This document shows positions 13,070 through 27,298 of a stretch of DNA of 64,000 nt, piece after piece (the first letter of the stretch is position 1; each line of letters opens with the position of its first letter). The stretch covers positions 17,982,001 to 18,046,000 of the forward strand of contig CM052817.1 of NCBI GenBank assembly GCA_028534125.1. The letters are read 5' to 3'. The notes beneath the pieces are model-generated. The model did no database searches, had not been told where the DNA came from, and saw only the letters and a list, made by a program, of their open reading frames with translations. The position numbers and the translations under genes are program-made. This DNA is from Lama glama (lineage: Eukaryota).

Positions 13070-13320
13070 TAGTGATTAAAAATGTGGGTTTTGTTTGGAA
13101 TCATATGACCTGGTTTCAACTCCTAGCTCCCCCGACTTATTTGAAGTAAATCATTGAGTGAGCAAAATTTCTTCAAATTTCAACTTTCCCATACTTAAAT
13201 ATGGTTAATAATATTTATATCACAGAGTAGTTGTGAGAGTTAAATGAAATCTATGTGAGTCTTTTATTAACACAATACCTGAGATAACTGGTCACCATTA
13301 ATGGTAGCAATAATAATTAC
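13070..13320 (+). mobile_element. MIR SINE
   Basis: gacctggtttcaactcctagctcc...cacagagtagttgtgagagttaaatga. Confidence 0.7.
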
Positions 13321-14649
13321 ATATTATGTGTAATTATGTTATAAATTAATTATAGTTTATAATAATGCAATTTTTAAGAAAATCGAACATTATTAACATC
13401 TATTATAAAGACTACACACTTAACCTTTGCAAATTATATATGCATGCATGCCTATATGTATATGAGAGAAAGCATTTTAAATCTCCCTCTGAACAGCATA
13501 GTCAAAAATCACCTAATTCCTTTTTGAAAGACTAAACCTTGTCATTTATTTTAGAGCAGTTTTAAACCAAATTATACTGCTGAACTTTTGTAGGGACATT
13601 TAAAAGTAACAGTTTACAAAACAGATTTGAATGTATGTTGAGTATTTTTTGTGACTGTATCAATTCTTGTACAAGTGGCAAGTCTTGTCCTGATATACTG
13701 TGTAGATGACCTGCCAGCTTCACTAAGGAGCTAGGTTAAGAAATCCTGTCTCTGCAGAGGAACTAACAACTACCATTTCAAAAACAGATTTAGAATTTTC
13801 CAGAAATATCACTGTAGAATGAAAGCAGTAATCTTGGATAATGATTGTTTATTATAATGTTTAAAGGCAGTTTTTACACTTGAAATCTGCAGCTAATAGT
13901 TGTCTTAATTTTCTGTAGGCAAAATGGCAAATATGTAATTACATTATAGGAGAAGGTGAGATCTGTAAATAGATACGTAAATAGAAATTAATATTATCAG
14001 AAAGGCAATCTTGATTTTATTGAATCACTTCATCACTTACACTTATTTTCAGCTGTAAAGTGTGACCTGAACAAACTGTAGCAGTTGCAAAATAATTGTT
14101 GTAGGTGGTACATTAGAGGGGGAAGGGGAGGGAGGAAAAAAGGAAGAATACTTTTTTTGAAGAATACATTATCAGAACTTTTTGTTCAATTACTTTTCAG
14201 TCACTTAAAATAAACTACACATACAAATGCATCCTAGTTGAGGAGTTAGATAAATGGAATATTTCACATTTCATATCCATAAAGCCATTTTTAAAATTAA
14301 ATCTCAATGGAAAGACTTGGGATATAATGCTTTAAGTTCCTAGCAGTTAGTTTATGTGGTACTTTCACTAGAACATTATCTGTGATTATTTTTCTCTTTT
14401 TAAGAAAGTATGTGATGTTTAAAAGGATTGCTTTTACATTTTTTTCTACCAATCTCTAGGTGTATATCAAAATATCCATATTCATATTTAATTTTGTTGC
14501 CTTAATTTCAGTTTGCTCATTAAGTGAAGACAGAAAATTTTGTTACACTTTATTCTAGGTTCTTGCTTACTGAGAGAATAGCCAACATGAGTAGTAATAT
14601 TTAACATTTTCTTTAATGATTTCATAATAAGGTTCTCCACAACCTCACC

Positions 14650-15990
14650 TCAAAGGCTACAACAATGCCTGACCTTCCTAGATCTTTCTGGTCAGCTCAT
14701 CTAGTCTTCACAATGCCCGTTTCTGGCCTTCACTCTCCTCGCCACTTCTCAGAGTGTTAGCAAACGATCTCACCTTCTCCTATCCAGAGGAAACAGAAGT
14801 CTTTAGAAGAAACTCATTTTAATTCCTTCCACGAAATCTGTAAACCTAGTTACATCACACCTGTTCTTGCCTCCTCTACTTTTACAGCTAAACCTTGTGA
14901 AAGAAAAGTCTATGCTGGATGCTCCTGCTTCCTTAATTTCATCAGGCACTCAGTCTGCCAGTCTGGCGTACACCCCACTACATGCCCAGAACTGTCCTAG
15001 TAAAGCTACCGAGGAACCATGGACACATTCTAGTCTTTACACCTACTGCATTTGATCCTGTTGTCTACTCTGTCCTTGAGATATTGTTGGTCTTTAATCA
15101 CCATGTTTTCTTAGTTGTTCTTTCCCTCTTTTTCTTTTCTTTTTTTTTTTTCAAGTCTGTATTTGAGTTCCTCTGCTGTACCATAAGTGCTTGAATTTCT
15201 CAGAATTCCATTTTTTTTCTTTTTCTCCTTAATGCCATTTCTTTATTGTTTTAGAATCCAATCAGTATCCCACATTGCATTGAATTGTTTTGTCTCCTTA
15301 ACCTTTGACAGTTCCCCATTCTTTTCTTTATTTCATGATCTTCACACCTTTGAAGAATTCAGAATTCCGTTTTGATCCTCTTTTGATTTCTGTACATTTT
15401 CCCTGGACTGTCTCATCCACAAGTTCCTCTTACCTAATGGCTTCAATTCTGTTTTCAACCAAACTTAAGCCTTAAAGTTTTATTCTCAGTTGCCTGCAGA
15501 ACTCCAGTACATGCTCTGAAGTGTTTCAGACCTCTGATGTCTAAAAGAAAAGGCGTAATCTTTACCTCAGTGTGTTTGTGGTCATCCAAGAGATGCTGTA
15601 TTGTCTCTCTTCTCACCATGCTGTTCTCTCCCTGAAAAAACTTTCTCAGACTTTTGTCTTCTTAGATACTTCTGCACTTCTTTCATGTGTAGCTTGTTCC
15701 ATCACCTTTTCTGAGAAGACTTCCTGACTTCTCCTTACTTTGTCTTCTCCCAACTCCATCACTGCCACAGTTAGATACTTCCTTCTTCTTTTCTCCCACC
15801 ATAATCAGGACAGGAGCAATGACCTAAAGACAGAGAATCATATATCATACCTCTTACTGTATTTGGCTGTCTCCCTTTCTAGATTGAGTACCTAAGGACA
15901 GGAATTTTTTTTTTCTTCATCAACTCTAATGTCAATATCTTGAACAGTGACTAGAAATGGTAGGCCCGTGTAAATGCTCAATGAATAATT
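14650..15990 (+). mobile_element. Fragmented L2 LINE with 3' end near 15990
   Basis: C/T-rich decayed body; tgtctccctttctagattgagtacctaaggacagg...aatgctcaatgaat resembles the L2 3' end. Confidence 0.55.
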
Positions 15991-16700
15991 AACTGTAAAA
16001 TGTTAGAAGTGTTCTGGGCGTTCTTTGATTTCCTGAGAGTACATTTCCTTTTTCCTTTAGTTAAAAAGATAGTTTAAGTCTGCATAAAACACCAAATAAA
16101 TACATATACTAAAATTTAAATATTCTCTGATGCTGAAAATTTGCTTAATTTTGTTTTTCAGAGATTGCTTTTTATAATCATAATTTGTTACTCTTAAATA
16201 TTGTCAGAGCTTATACAAGGTACTCTTAAAATATCCTATTATATTGTTGGCAATTGTTGTATTTTATAAATGCTTGTGTGTTTTATAGAATAAATTTAAA
16301 ATACTAATATAAAATTGTCCCTTATCATTATAACATTATGTTGTAATTTTGACTCTTCTATCTATGTATTTCCTTCATTTTATATGGATAAATTACACTA
16401 AAAACTATTGAAACCAAATACCATAGACTAGGAATTAGGAGGACTAATTCAGTCCCTAGGTATTTCTGTAATTATGGCTAAGGCAGTTAACTTGTCCAGA
16501 TCTCATTTTCTTAATGTACAAATAAGAAAAATGGATGAAGTATATCTAAGGTCCCTTCTAGGTCTCAAATTCTCTGATATAGTTTTCTTTTTTCTCTAGA
16601 AATAAAAGTAGATTTTTGTTAGTAACTCTCTTCTATGTCTAAAGTTAAACATTAAGTTATCCACAATTTTCTGATATAAATATATAAAATGCATATATAT

Positions 16701-16731
16701 TTTGGGGTTTTGGGGGGGTAATTAGGTTTGT

Positions 16732-16779
<48 letters not shown>

Positions 16780-16850
16780 TGGAGGTACTAAGGATTGAAC
16801 CCAAGATCTCATGCATGCTACACATGCGGTCTACCACTGAGTTACACCCC
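16701..16850 (-). mobile_element. Camelid Vic-1-type tRNA-derived SINE with (TAAA)n tail
   Basis: Reverse complement ggggtgtaactcagtggtagaccgcatgtgtagcatgcatgagatcttgggttcaatcc shows A and B boxes, then (taaa)n and cctaattaccccccc. Confidence 0.85.
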
Positions 16851-17249
16851 AACTCCTCTGAAGATATCTTTCTTATGGAAGCATACTGTACTAAAATTAG
16901 AATTTTAATGATTTCCTTTTATTAAAATATTTATTTTCTAGCTTAGTCATGAAGCATATTTGTTATTAATTTATAATGAGAAGCATTATAAATTCAATTA
17001 CAAACAAATTATTATTTAGAATAGCAATTAAAATGAAATTCCCTGTGGGAATTTATAAGTTGTAGCTAATCATACAGATATAAATACATGCTTGCAGTAT
17101 ATATTATCTAAAGAAATATTTCCTTTAATTGATTTTACTTTGCTCTTTTATGTTAATATAAATGTAAACCAAGACAACTTTTAAATAACAAAAGTAATGA
17201 ATTAAAATTATTCAAACTGTTCTAAAGCAATATTTCTTTATTAAAGATT

Positions 17250-20200
17250 GGATTTTTTAGAGCAGTTTTAAGTTTACAGCAAAATTGAGGGGAAGATACA
17301 GAGATCTCTCATACCTTCTACCCCGACACATGGGTAGCCTCCCCAGTTATTAACATCTTCCACCAGAGTGGTACATTTGTTACAACTGATTGAACTTGTA
17401 CTGACACATCATAATCACTCAAAGTTCAGTGTTCATATTAAGGTTCATCTTGGTGTACTTTCTATGGGTTTGTATGTATAATATTATAATGTATAATTAA
17501 CAGGTAGTGTTTTCACTGCTATAAAAAAATTCTCCTATCTCCGTCCTCCCCTTTTCCCCCCAACTCCCCTCTGTCCCCATAGTTTTGCCTTTTATAGAAT
17601 GTCATATAGTTGAATTGTATATTATGTAGCCTTTTCAGATTGGCTTCTTTCACTTAGTAATACATATTTAAGGTTTCTCCATGTCTTTTCATGGCTTGAT
17701 AGTTTTCATTTCTTTTTGGTGCTGAATAATCCATTGTCTGACTGTACCACAGTTTATTCATTCACCTACTGAAGGACACCTTGGTTGCTTTCAAGTTTTG
17801 GCAATTATCAATAAAGCTGTTGTCAACACCTGCATGTAGGTTTTTGTGTGGACACAGTTTTCAGCTCCTTTGGGTAAAAATCAAGGAGCACAACTGCTGA
17901 ACCATACGGTAAGAGAATGCTTAGTTTCGTGAAAACCACCAAACTATATTCCAAAATGGCTATACCAATTTGTACTTCCACCAGCAATGAATGAGAGTCC
18001 TTGTTGCTCCATATCCACATCAGCATTTTGTGTTGTCAGTGTTGTGAATTTTGGTCATCCTACTAGACGTGTAGTGGTATCTCATTGTGGTTTTAATTTG
18101 CATTTCCCTGGTGACATATGGTGGTGTGGAACGTCTTTCATATGCTTATTATCTGTCTATATGTCTTATTTGGTGAAGTGTCTGTTAAGGTCTTTGGCCC
18201 ACTTTTTAATTGGGTTTTTTGTTTTCTTAGTGTTGAGTTTTAAGAGTTCTTTGTAAATCTGCGATAACAGTTCTTCATCAGATGTGTCTTTTGCAGAGCA
18301 TAGTTTTCGATTTTAATGAAGCCAGGTTAGTCACTATTTCTTTCATGGATCATGTCTTTGGTGTTATATCTAAAAAGACATAACTATACCTTAGGTCATC
18401 TAGGTTTTCTTCTGCTATCTTCGAGGAGTTTTATAGTTTTGCATTTTACATTTAGGTCTGTGATCCATTTTGAGTTAATTTTTGTGAAGGATGAAAGATG
18501 TGTGTCTAGATTAATTTTTTTTGCATGAGAATATCTGATTGTTCCAGTATCATTTGTTGAAAACACTGTCTTTGCTCCTTTGTATTGTGTTTGCTTTTTG
18601 TCAAAGATCTCTTGACTATATTTATGTGGGTCTGTTTCTGGAATCTTTATTCTGTTTTATTGATCTATTTGTTTTTTTGCCACACCACACTGTCTTGATG
18701 ACTGTAGTTTTATAGTAAGTCATGAAGTTGAGTAGTGTGTCAGCTCTCCAACTTTGTTCTTCTCATACAATGTTGTGTTGGCTATTCTGGGTCTTTTTGC
18801 TTTTCCACACAAACTTCAGAATCAGTTTGTTGATGTTAACAAAACAGCTTACTGGGATTTTGATTAGGATTGCATTGAATCTGTAGATGAAGTTGGGGAG
18901 AGTGCATATCTTTACAATATTGAATCTTCCTATACATGAACATGGATATCTCTCTATTTATTTGTTTCCGCTTTGATTTTGTCCATCAGAGTTTTATAGT
19001 TTTCCTCATATAGATCTTGTACATATTTTGTTAGATTTATACCTAAGTTGAAATCATTTTTGGGTAGTAATATAAATATTTTGTTTTTAATTTCAAATTT
19101 CACTTGTTCATTGCTTGTATATAGGAAATTGATTTTGTATATTAATCTGATATCTTACAACCTTGTTGTAATTGCTCAGTAGTTTCAGAAGTATTTTGAT
19201 CTGGTCTTTTGGATTTTTTACGTAGACAATCATGTCATTTGTAAACAAAGACAGTTTTATTTCTTCCTTCCTGATCTATATACCTTTTGTTTCCTTTTCT
19301 TGTTGTATATCATTAGTTAGAAATTCCAGCATGATGTTGAAAGGAGTGGTGAGATGGGACACCCTTACCTTGTACCTGATTTTAGGGGAAAAACCTTGAA
19401 TATCTCACACTTAAGTATGATGTTATCTGTACATTTTTGGTAAATATTCTTTATTAAATTGAGAAGTTCCCTTCTATTCCTAGTTTACTGAGAGTTTTTA
19501 TTGTGAATGTGTGTTAGATTTTTTCAGATGCTTTTTCTGTACCTATTGATATGATCATGTGTTTTTTCTTTCTTATCCTGTTGATGTGATGGACTACATT
19601 AATTGATTTTCAAACGTTGAACCAGTCTTGCAGACCTGGGATAAAATCCATTTAGTTGTGACGTATAATTCTGTGTTTACATTGTTGGATTTGATTTTGC
19701 TAACATTTTGCGGAGAATTTTTATGTCTGTGTTCATGAGAGATATTCATCTGTAGTTTTCTTTTCTTGTAATGTCTTTGTCCTGTTTTGGTATTAGGATA
19801 ATGCTGGCTTCATAGAATAAGTTAGGAATTATTCCCTCTGCTTCTGTCCTTTGAAAGAAATCGTAGAGGATTGGTAGAATTTCTTCCTTAAATGTTTGGT
19901 AGAATTCACCAGTGAACCCCTCTGGGCCCGTTAACTGTCTGTTTTGAAAGGATATTAGTTGTTAAATCAATTGCTTTAATAGATACAGGCCTATTCAGAT
20001 TGTCTGTTTCTTCTTGTGTAAATTTTGGCAAATTGTTTTGTGAAGTAATTGATCCATTTTACCTGGGTTATCAAATTTGTGGGCAGATTATTCATTTATC
20101 TCTTTCATAGTTCATAGTTATCCTTTATTATCTTTTTTAATGTCCACATGATCAGTAGTGATGTTTCTTCTTTCATTTCTGATTTGGGTAAGTTGTGTCC

Positions 20201-20915
20201 TTTCTCTTTTTTTTCTTAGTTAGCCCAGCTAGAGGCTCACCAGTTTGACCTTTTCAAAGAACCAGCTTTTGGTTTCGATGATTTTTCTGTTTTGATTTCC
20301 TGTTGTTAATTTCATTTATTTCTGTTCTAAGTCATATCATTTTTCTTCTGCTTACTTTCAATTTAATTTGCCTTTCTTTTTCTAGTTTCCTAAAGTAAAA
20401 ACTAAGATTATTGATTCTAGATCTTTATTGTTTTCTCATAATATGCATTCAGTTTTATAAATTTCCCTACAAGCACTACTTTTACTGCATCCCATGAATT
20501 TTACTAAGCTACATTTTCATTTAGTTCAATATATTTTGAAATTTCTTTTGAGATTTCTTCTTTGACCCATGTGTTTTTTAGAAGTATGTTGTTTAATCAC
20601 TATGTGTTTGGGGGTTTCCAATTATCTTTCTATTATTGACTTCTAGTTTAATTCCACTGTGGTCTGAGAGCTGACATTGTATGATTTCTGTGCTTTTTAA
20701 TTTGTTGAGTTATGTTTTATGACCCAGAATGTGGTCTATCTTGGTGAATGTTCCATGTGAGCTTGAGAAGCATGTATATTCTGTTGTTGTTGGATGAAGT
20801 AATAAATAGATGTCCATTGTATCAAGTTAATCAATGGTATTGTTGAGTTCAACCTTGACCTTAACTGATTTTCTGCCTCCTGAATCCATTTCTGATAGAG
20901 AAGTGTTGAAGTTTT
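17250..20915 (-). mobile_element. About 3.7 kb L1MC-like LINE (3' UTR plus ORF2), antisense to the gene
   Basis: ttttttagagcagttttaagtttacagcaaaattgag L1MC-type 3' end followed by continuous antisense ORF2 motifs. Confidence 0.88.
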
Positions 20916-20919
20916 ATTT

Positions 20920-22070
20920 CAACTGGAAGTGCATGGTATACTTAGTAAATGATGTGGATAACTATTTTTGAAAGAAACAATCAGACCTTTCCTACTGTAT
21001 ATAAAAATAAGTTCCAGGTAGATTATAAGTAGTTAAATTAAAACATAGCAATTTTAGGAAGATATTTTTGTAAACATGTAGTGTAGGAGAGGCTTGTGTA
21101 AGGCAAGAAGCCTAGAACATAAAGAATTTTTTAAAAGATTTTTTTAAAACTTTGCCAATGTGAGCCATAAACAAAAATCAAATAACAACACAATTTAATT
21201 TGAAGAAAAAGCTTTTGTAACACAAATGACAAAGGGATAATCCTACTTATAAAAAAGAGTCTGACAAATTACTAAAATAAATACAATCTAGAAGAAAATA
21301 GGTAAATCATTGAAATGGAAATTCAAATGGCTGATAAGCATATGAAAGAATGTTCAACTTTATTGGTATTTGAGAAAGTGCAAATTAATACAACAATATG
21401 ATAAGCCATTTTTTATCTGTGGAAAAGTTAAAATGGTGAGGATATAGGTAAACTTCTATTTTCATGGGGTGCTGGTGGGAATTTGAATTGATACTTTTTT
21501 GGAAAGTAGGCAGTCTGTAGTACAACTAAAGATATGTGTAGCCTTCAGCCTTCAATCCTAACGTTGCCAGTGTATCACATAGATACAAAAGCATATGTGC
21601 ATGGGGATATTTATTGCAGTATTTGTAGTGACAAACACTAGAAACAACCTGAATATCCATCTATAGGGGCATGGTTAAATAAATTGTGATACATTGGTAG
21701 CACAGCTTTAAAAATATTGAAGTGTATGCAGTTATTAAAAAAATAAGATAGATATATATTTGTTGACAGAGATGACCATGATATATCACTGGAAGCTGAA
21801 TAATAAATATAGAATGATTCTATTTTATGTTAAAAAACAACTAAAATCCCTAACTATGATATATGTTTGTATAAGCATGAATAAAATTATGGAAAAACAC
21901 AAATTATAATAATGTTACAGATACAACATAAATAAAATGTTTCTTCAGGGAGGTGGGATGGAAGAAAGAAAGATTATCAACTTTTTCTTTATCCAGCTTC
22001 AGACTGCCTCACTTATTTTAATGGTCATGTATCATTTTTTAATTTTAAACTTACTGTATTTTTAAAAAGA
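20920..22070 (+). mobile_element. Old L1ME-like ORF2 end and 3' UTR fragment
   Basis: caaatggctgataagcatatgaaagaatgttcaac; ctagaaacaacctgaatatccatctataggg. Confidence 0.7.
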
Positions 22071-22761
22071 GACATGACTCTAAACTTCTCAAATTTTCCA
22101 CTACGTTCACTAGAAAACATTAAAGTATAATACTATGCCCTTTGCCAGTTGTCAAGGATTGGTATTTGAATTAGGTGTTGTTCCTGCCTTTAAAAATGTT
22201 CTTTTACTCTAGCCAGAGAGATGGATTTAATGTATACAATAGAGTAAATAAAATAGTAAATAATTTTGCTCAGGTAAGAAGTCAAAACATCATCATAAAA
22301 AAAAAGAAATCAAAACATCATGAATGAGAACAAAGTAAGGCTTTTTATTTAAAATTAAAGTGACTAAAAATAGCCAGTAAATCCCCAGATTATCTTGAGG
22401 CAAAGAGCACTTTGACTCAAATCAGAGAACTGTGTATTAAGAGTCTTTTCAAGGCAAATAAATCATATTTCAGGAAAAATAGGGTTGGGAATCACTCTGC
22501 CAAGGCAGCTGCGTACAACAGATATTCTTCTTTGTCCCAGATGACCCTGTTTCACACCTCTTGCTTGTTTGAGGGAATATCTTCAGAAAGAATCGCACAG
22601 ACTGGTGTGTACTGATGGAGGCTGGCAGTATGGGTCTGGGCGGAAACCAGGGCTCGAGTGCCTGGGAGATGGCTGGAGGGTTTGGGAGGAACACAGGGAT
22701 CAGCTAAAGTAATGAGATGATATTTCCATCTCTTTAACACAGCTACTACCCTCTTACTCTT

Positions 22762-22953
22762 AACCTTCTTCTTCTTCTTTTTTTTTTCTAACCTTTATTA
22801 CGAATGCCTGACCCGCTATTAATCTGATGCTTAACTGGATTACATCTTAAATCTCTCCTCCCTCTTTCCCTTCCTCTGGCTTTCCTTCTTTTCCTTCCCT
22901 CCCCTTTTCTCTCCTTCCTGTCTTTCCTCTCTTCCTTCTATTTCTTATTCTCT
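22762..22953 (+). repeat. Low-complexity polypyrimidine (CT-rich) tract
   Basis: Nearly pure C/T at 22851-22953, plus a shorter tract at 22762-22788. Confidence 0.7.
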
Positions 22954-23139
22954 ATTAAATTAAACATTAGCGTAGGCATATCACTGTTTAGAGTTAATCA
23001 GGTTTTCTATTGCTGTGGTACCATATTCTATTATTTTTTAAAACCTGACTTTTTTCTTATGCTATTTGATTGCTTTTACTACCTCAGGGATGATTTAGTA
23101 TGTTTAAATTTTTTTTTTATTTTATAGTAATTAGGGTTT

Positions 23140-23530
23140 TAGAAAGACAGTATAGGGTAGTCATTCTAGGTTTTTATATAGATTCTGGGGCCAGGTTTCC
23201 TGGGATCAAATCTTACTACCTTTGTAGTCTTGGACAGCAACTTGAACTGTTTTATTCTGTTGGCATGGGTTTAAATAGATTAAACCATGTATAGTGGGTA
23301 AAACAGTTCCTGGAACCTAATAATTACTTAATAAGCACTGTGTTTGCTATTAAAGTTAACTTACAGTTAATCAGTTTAGCAAACATTGATTGAATGCCCA
23401 CCACGTGTCAGATTTGATCCTAACTGATGGGATTAGGATGGATACACATTGAGCATCCACTGTTGGCCAGACATGGAGACTGTAGCGAGTAAAATAAAGT
23501 CCTTATCCTCTAGTGTTTATAGTCCTAGAG
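23140..23530. mobile_element. MIR (+) followed by an L2 3' fragment (-)
   Basis: tcctgggatcaaatcttactacc...cttggacagcaacttgaac; tttagcaaacattgattgaatgcccaccacgtgtcag. Confidence 0.55.
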
Positions 23531-23613
23531 GATACTACTTATTAAAGTTTGAGGCTGACTTTATAAATGTGATTGACTTTTAATGTTTTTGTTTGTTTTA
23601 TTTTTAAATCTAG

Positions 23614-23688
23614 GACATCTTGTATTATGAGCAGCTTAAGACAAATGTGATACAACATGACCTTTTGGTGGATAGTCTAATTTATAAA
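23614..23688 (+). CDS. TBC1D19: TBC1D19 internal coding exon (75 nt, phase 0-0): DILYYEQLKTNVIQHDLLVDSLIYK
   Basis: T-rich tract plus tctag acceptor, AAA|gtaagt donor, open frame, matches recalled protein. Confidence 0.96.
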
Positions 23689-24689
23689 GTAAGTACAAGT
23701 GTACATAGTTTTTCCATTTCATTAAAATCAGTAAGCAATTATTGAGAGTTTTCAACATTCAGGGACTGCATTATATATGATGATACCTATTAGCCTTGAA
23801 AAATAATTTTAAGTCATCATTATACTTTATAAGTTTAGTTTGACCTTCAAAATTTGTAGTTTCCATTCGATGTTATTTTTTTCCCCTTTGAAGCTAACCT
23901 CTCAAGATCCTTGCCTGGCCCTCCCATTTTTGGATTAAGAGAATGATAAGCATTCCTTGTCCTTATAAATACAAGTTTTTCACAAACTAAAAAAGCAACT
24001 AAAAGGAAAACTAGACTGTGGAACTTTTATCTTATTTATCTCATGATTCTTTAGGGCCTACTTATTTATTTGTTTTATTATGTTGAAGTCATGTTTTATT
24101 TTTAATTTCTTCTACTTTCACACCATATAATTAAGCACATCTCAAGTTTTAGATAGGGATACATTGAGGTTTTGTTCCTAGGCATCTGATATTAAGTTGA
24201 GAGTCAAGATGTAGATGCTGAAAGCATGATGTAGGATATGACTGATTCTAGATTAATAATTGGGTTGTTTATTGACTGTCCTGTATAATTGGATTACCAC
24301 ATTCGGTTGATTCTTTTTTTGTGGTTGGCTTTATTCCTCTGATAATTATGTAAGTTTGAAAAGCTAAAGCTCTAACCTGTTCTTAGAAACAATGATCAGT
24401 ATATATATATGTATATATACATCAATAAACTAAAAAAAAGTACAGTATATTGTATATATGTATTTACATGCAATATAATGTATATGTGCAAACTGTAATA
24501 ATTCTACCTAATGAAACTGAAAAAGGAAAAATTTTTTTAAATAATTGGGTTGTTTTATAAATAGATTTTAGATTTAGAACTTGTAACATAGATGAGTCGG
24601 TCATATATTCCAGATCTCAGAAACAGGGGACAGAAGATTACACATTGAGAATTTAAAGATTTGTCTCAGAAGAACATGGCCAAGGTTAA

Positions 24690-25565
24690 TAATAATGACT
24701 ACTAGCATTTAATGATTGCTTACTATGTGCCATACATTGTTCCAAACTCTTTCCATAAATTTTCATTTGATTCTGACAGCTACCTTAAGGCTACTATATA
24801 TACGAGCATCTGGGCTGTAAATGATAAATGCATTGTTTTTTCTTGGAAAAAAAAACGTGTATTCTGCAAAATCATACATTAAAAATAATGTTTATGGGGG
24901 AAATAGTATTGGGGTAGCTTTCAAAAGTTTGTAACCAGAGTGCTAACAAAAACAAGAATTCATAGCTGGGGATATGAACTGGACAGCTCAGGCAGGCTGC
25001 TTCCGCAGGAGCTATTAAAAATGTACAAAAATAATGAAGTGTAAGTGCTAAAATAATGCAGATAGAAGTGGTGCGCTGGGCCACTGAGGCTGCTGTTCAA
25101 GTGGGTGCAAGAGGAAATGCAGCAGCAAAGAGATGTGCAAGGCTGATGGGTGTGCTTCTCCAGAGTAGGAGCCTGCAGTGCACTCATTCATTTTTCATTT
25201 TCCTGAAATACAGTTATAAGGGCTCATGCATGTGCTGCAGCTGAGCTGAAGGCTTTTTCCTTTCTTGCTGGAGGTTATAATTCTACTCCTGCTGTTCTGG
25301 CTCTTCTTTTTTAAAGAAAAATCACATATGAACCAACACTATTTCCAAGAGATACTGACATCTTTCCCTTAGTCACCAGCCACATATTGATACATGTGTT
25401 ACAGCAAAACAGGAAGTACTGTCACTTCACCATTGTACAGATGAGGGAAGTGAGGTAAAGAAATATTAAAGAAATGTGTTTAAATTTCACATATTAAGTA
25501 GCAAAGCCAAGATTTGAACCTAGGTAATCTGAGTTCACAATCGTACCTTTAACCACTTTGCTCTA
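24690..25565 (-). mobile_element. MIR split by an approximately 620 bp insertion (about 24800-25420), possibly an ancient Tigger-like DNA transposon
   Basis: MIR halves tgcttactatgtgccatacattgtt... and ccattgtacagatgagggaagtgagg...gatttgaacctagg flank unrelated sequence. Confidence 0.5.
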
Positions 25566-26331
25566 CAGGGAGAAAAGATGAAAGTGAAGAGAATGCAAGA
25601 CGTTTTCATCAAAAGTCTTGACTCTCACAGAGGTTTTACATAGATTTAGATCACAGATACTACTGTTAACTTTGAGGTCAAATGATCGTGCTCAGAGGAT
25701 TATTTTAGCAACAGCCTACAAGATCTTTGGGCTTTAAGACCTTCAACCTCTTTTCTGTTCAAATGAGAGAAGGCTCACAAGAGAAGTTCAGAGAATCGAA
25801 GAGTGCTAGCATGAGAGTTCTCTTGGCTGCCAGCATGAATTTCTGCTAGAATCAGTAAAGAAAATCTGCTGTGAGAAAGAGGTGGACAGTTTGTATCTGA
25901 AGAATTGACTATAAATTTTGGTAGAATCAATCCTGACTGTCCACAACATGAGTGTTTTTAGGAAGATCTCTGTCTCTGGTTGTTCCTGACTTGTGTTAGT
26001 TGAGCTCTGCTATCTTGTTGGAGCAACTCCAAACGTTATTAAAGTCAGCCCTTGAGGGAATGAACGTTTTAAAAAATTATTTGAAGGTTCATTACAACTC
26101 CCTTTGGCAAAGACTCATTCTTAATTTAACTGAAACTAAAGTAGAATTATTTTAGTGGTTAAAGAAATGAATGAAAGAAACACAGCAATGCTTAAATACA
26201 GAACACCAAGCCCTCCTTAAGCTAAAATATTAAATGGTCTTCTCTAGACTACATATTTTTTTCTACAAACCTGCTTTGAATCCACACCATCTACAGTTTT
26301 CCACTACTTACTATGATCTGACAGTTTATGC

Positions 26332-26545
26332 CAGTGTTTCTCAACTTTTTCTTCATTATTATACCCCTAAAGAGAAAAAATTCTTTAATATAAAAAATGA
26401 AATACTAAAGAATAAGAATTTGTTGGGTAGGGATAAGCTTTGGAGGTCCACAAACCATTGTACTATGTAAAAATTTTGGGTTCCCAGGACCCAATTCCCA
26501 CCCCCTTAGAGGCAATACTATCCCTGTTGAGACTGCATGATCTCT
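26332..26545. mobile_element. hAT-Charlie-like MITE fragment
   Basis: cagtgtttctcaac terminus and ttgagactgcatg at the opposite end. Confidence 0.4.
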
Positions 26546-27298
26546 ACGGCTGCCTATGTTGTGATTTAGACTGGCTCCTTTCCCTTCTCTTAATCTGTGT
26601 CTTTCAGTTTTTCCAGATTTAGCACACATCCACTGCCTCTGAAGTCATCCATAATTCATTTCATCCTCTCCTAATTGCTGCTTTGATTAACAGCCCAACT
26701 GAATTTTGTAGGCTGAGCAATATTATCATGGATTTCTGCTATATTTCTTTGTAATTGTTCCAGTATTTCTACTATGTATATTTTCTCGCTGGTGAGATTG
26801 AAATAAACATTGTCTTTGTTTGTTTGGCAAGCGATGACTTGCAAGTGAATAATCACAAAAACACAAAAGATTTTTGGTATTTTGAGGGAATGGCAAGAAT
26901 GTGGACTTGAACAGTGGAGGATGAGATTGGAACAATAATTTGAGGCCAGTTTGTTATAGTTGCTTTTGGATGTTATGTTTACATCTGTTTTTCTAATTTC
27001 AAGAGACCTAAATATTATATTTAAAGGGGATAAAATTGAGATAAATAATAAAGAAGTACTAATGGAACCAAAAAAGTCTGAACAATTTGAGGTCAAATAA
27101 TGTATCTCATATATTAGTTGAGTAAATTTATAAGTTTGCGTGTGATAAGTACAGTGATAAAATCTAATTGAAACATTTATAGTCATACCTAAAGTAATCA
27201 AATCATTGCAGTATTATTTCTAGATGTTGTTTTTATGTCTTAGTACTATAGACACATTCATTTAGGTTTTTTTCATTGCTCTCTACTTTTAATTATAG

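Noticed and set aside
16778..16850. tRNA-like sequence as a tRNA gene
   Set aside because: Followed by a SINE tail and a (TAAA)n repeat; it is a tRNA-derived SINE head
26671..27201. 176-aa minus-strand ORF
   Set aside because: No recognisable motif; AT-rich intronic sequence partly resembling decayed repeats; likely a chance ORF
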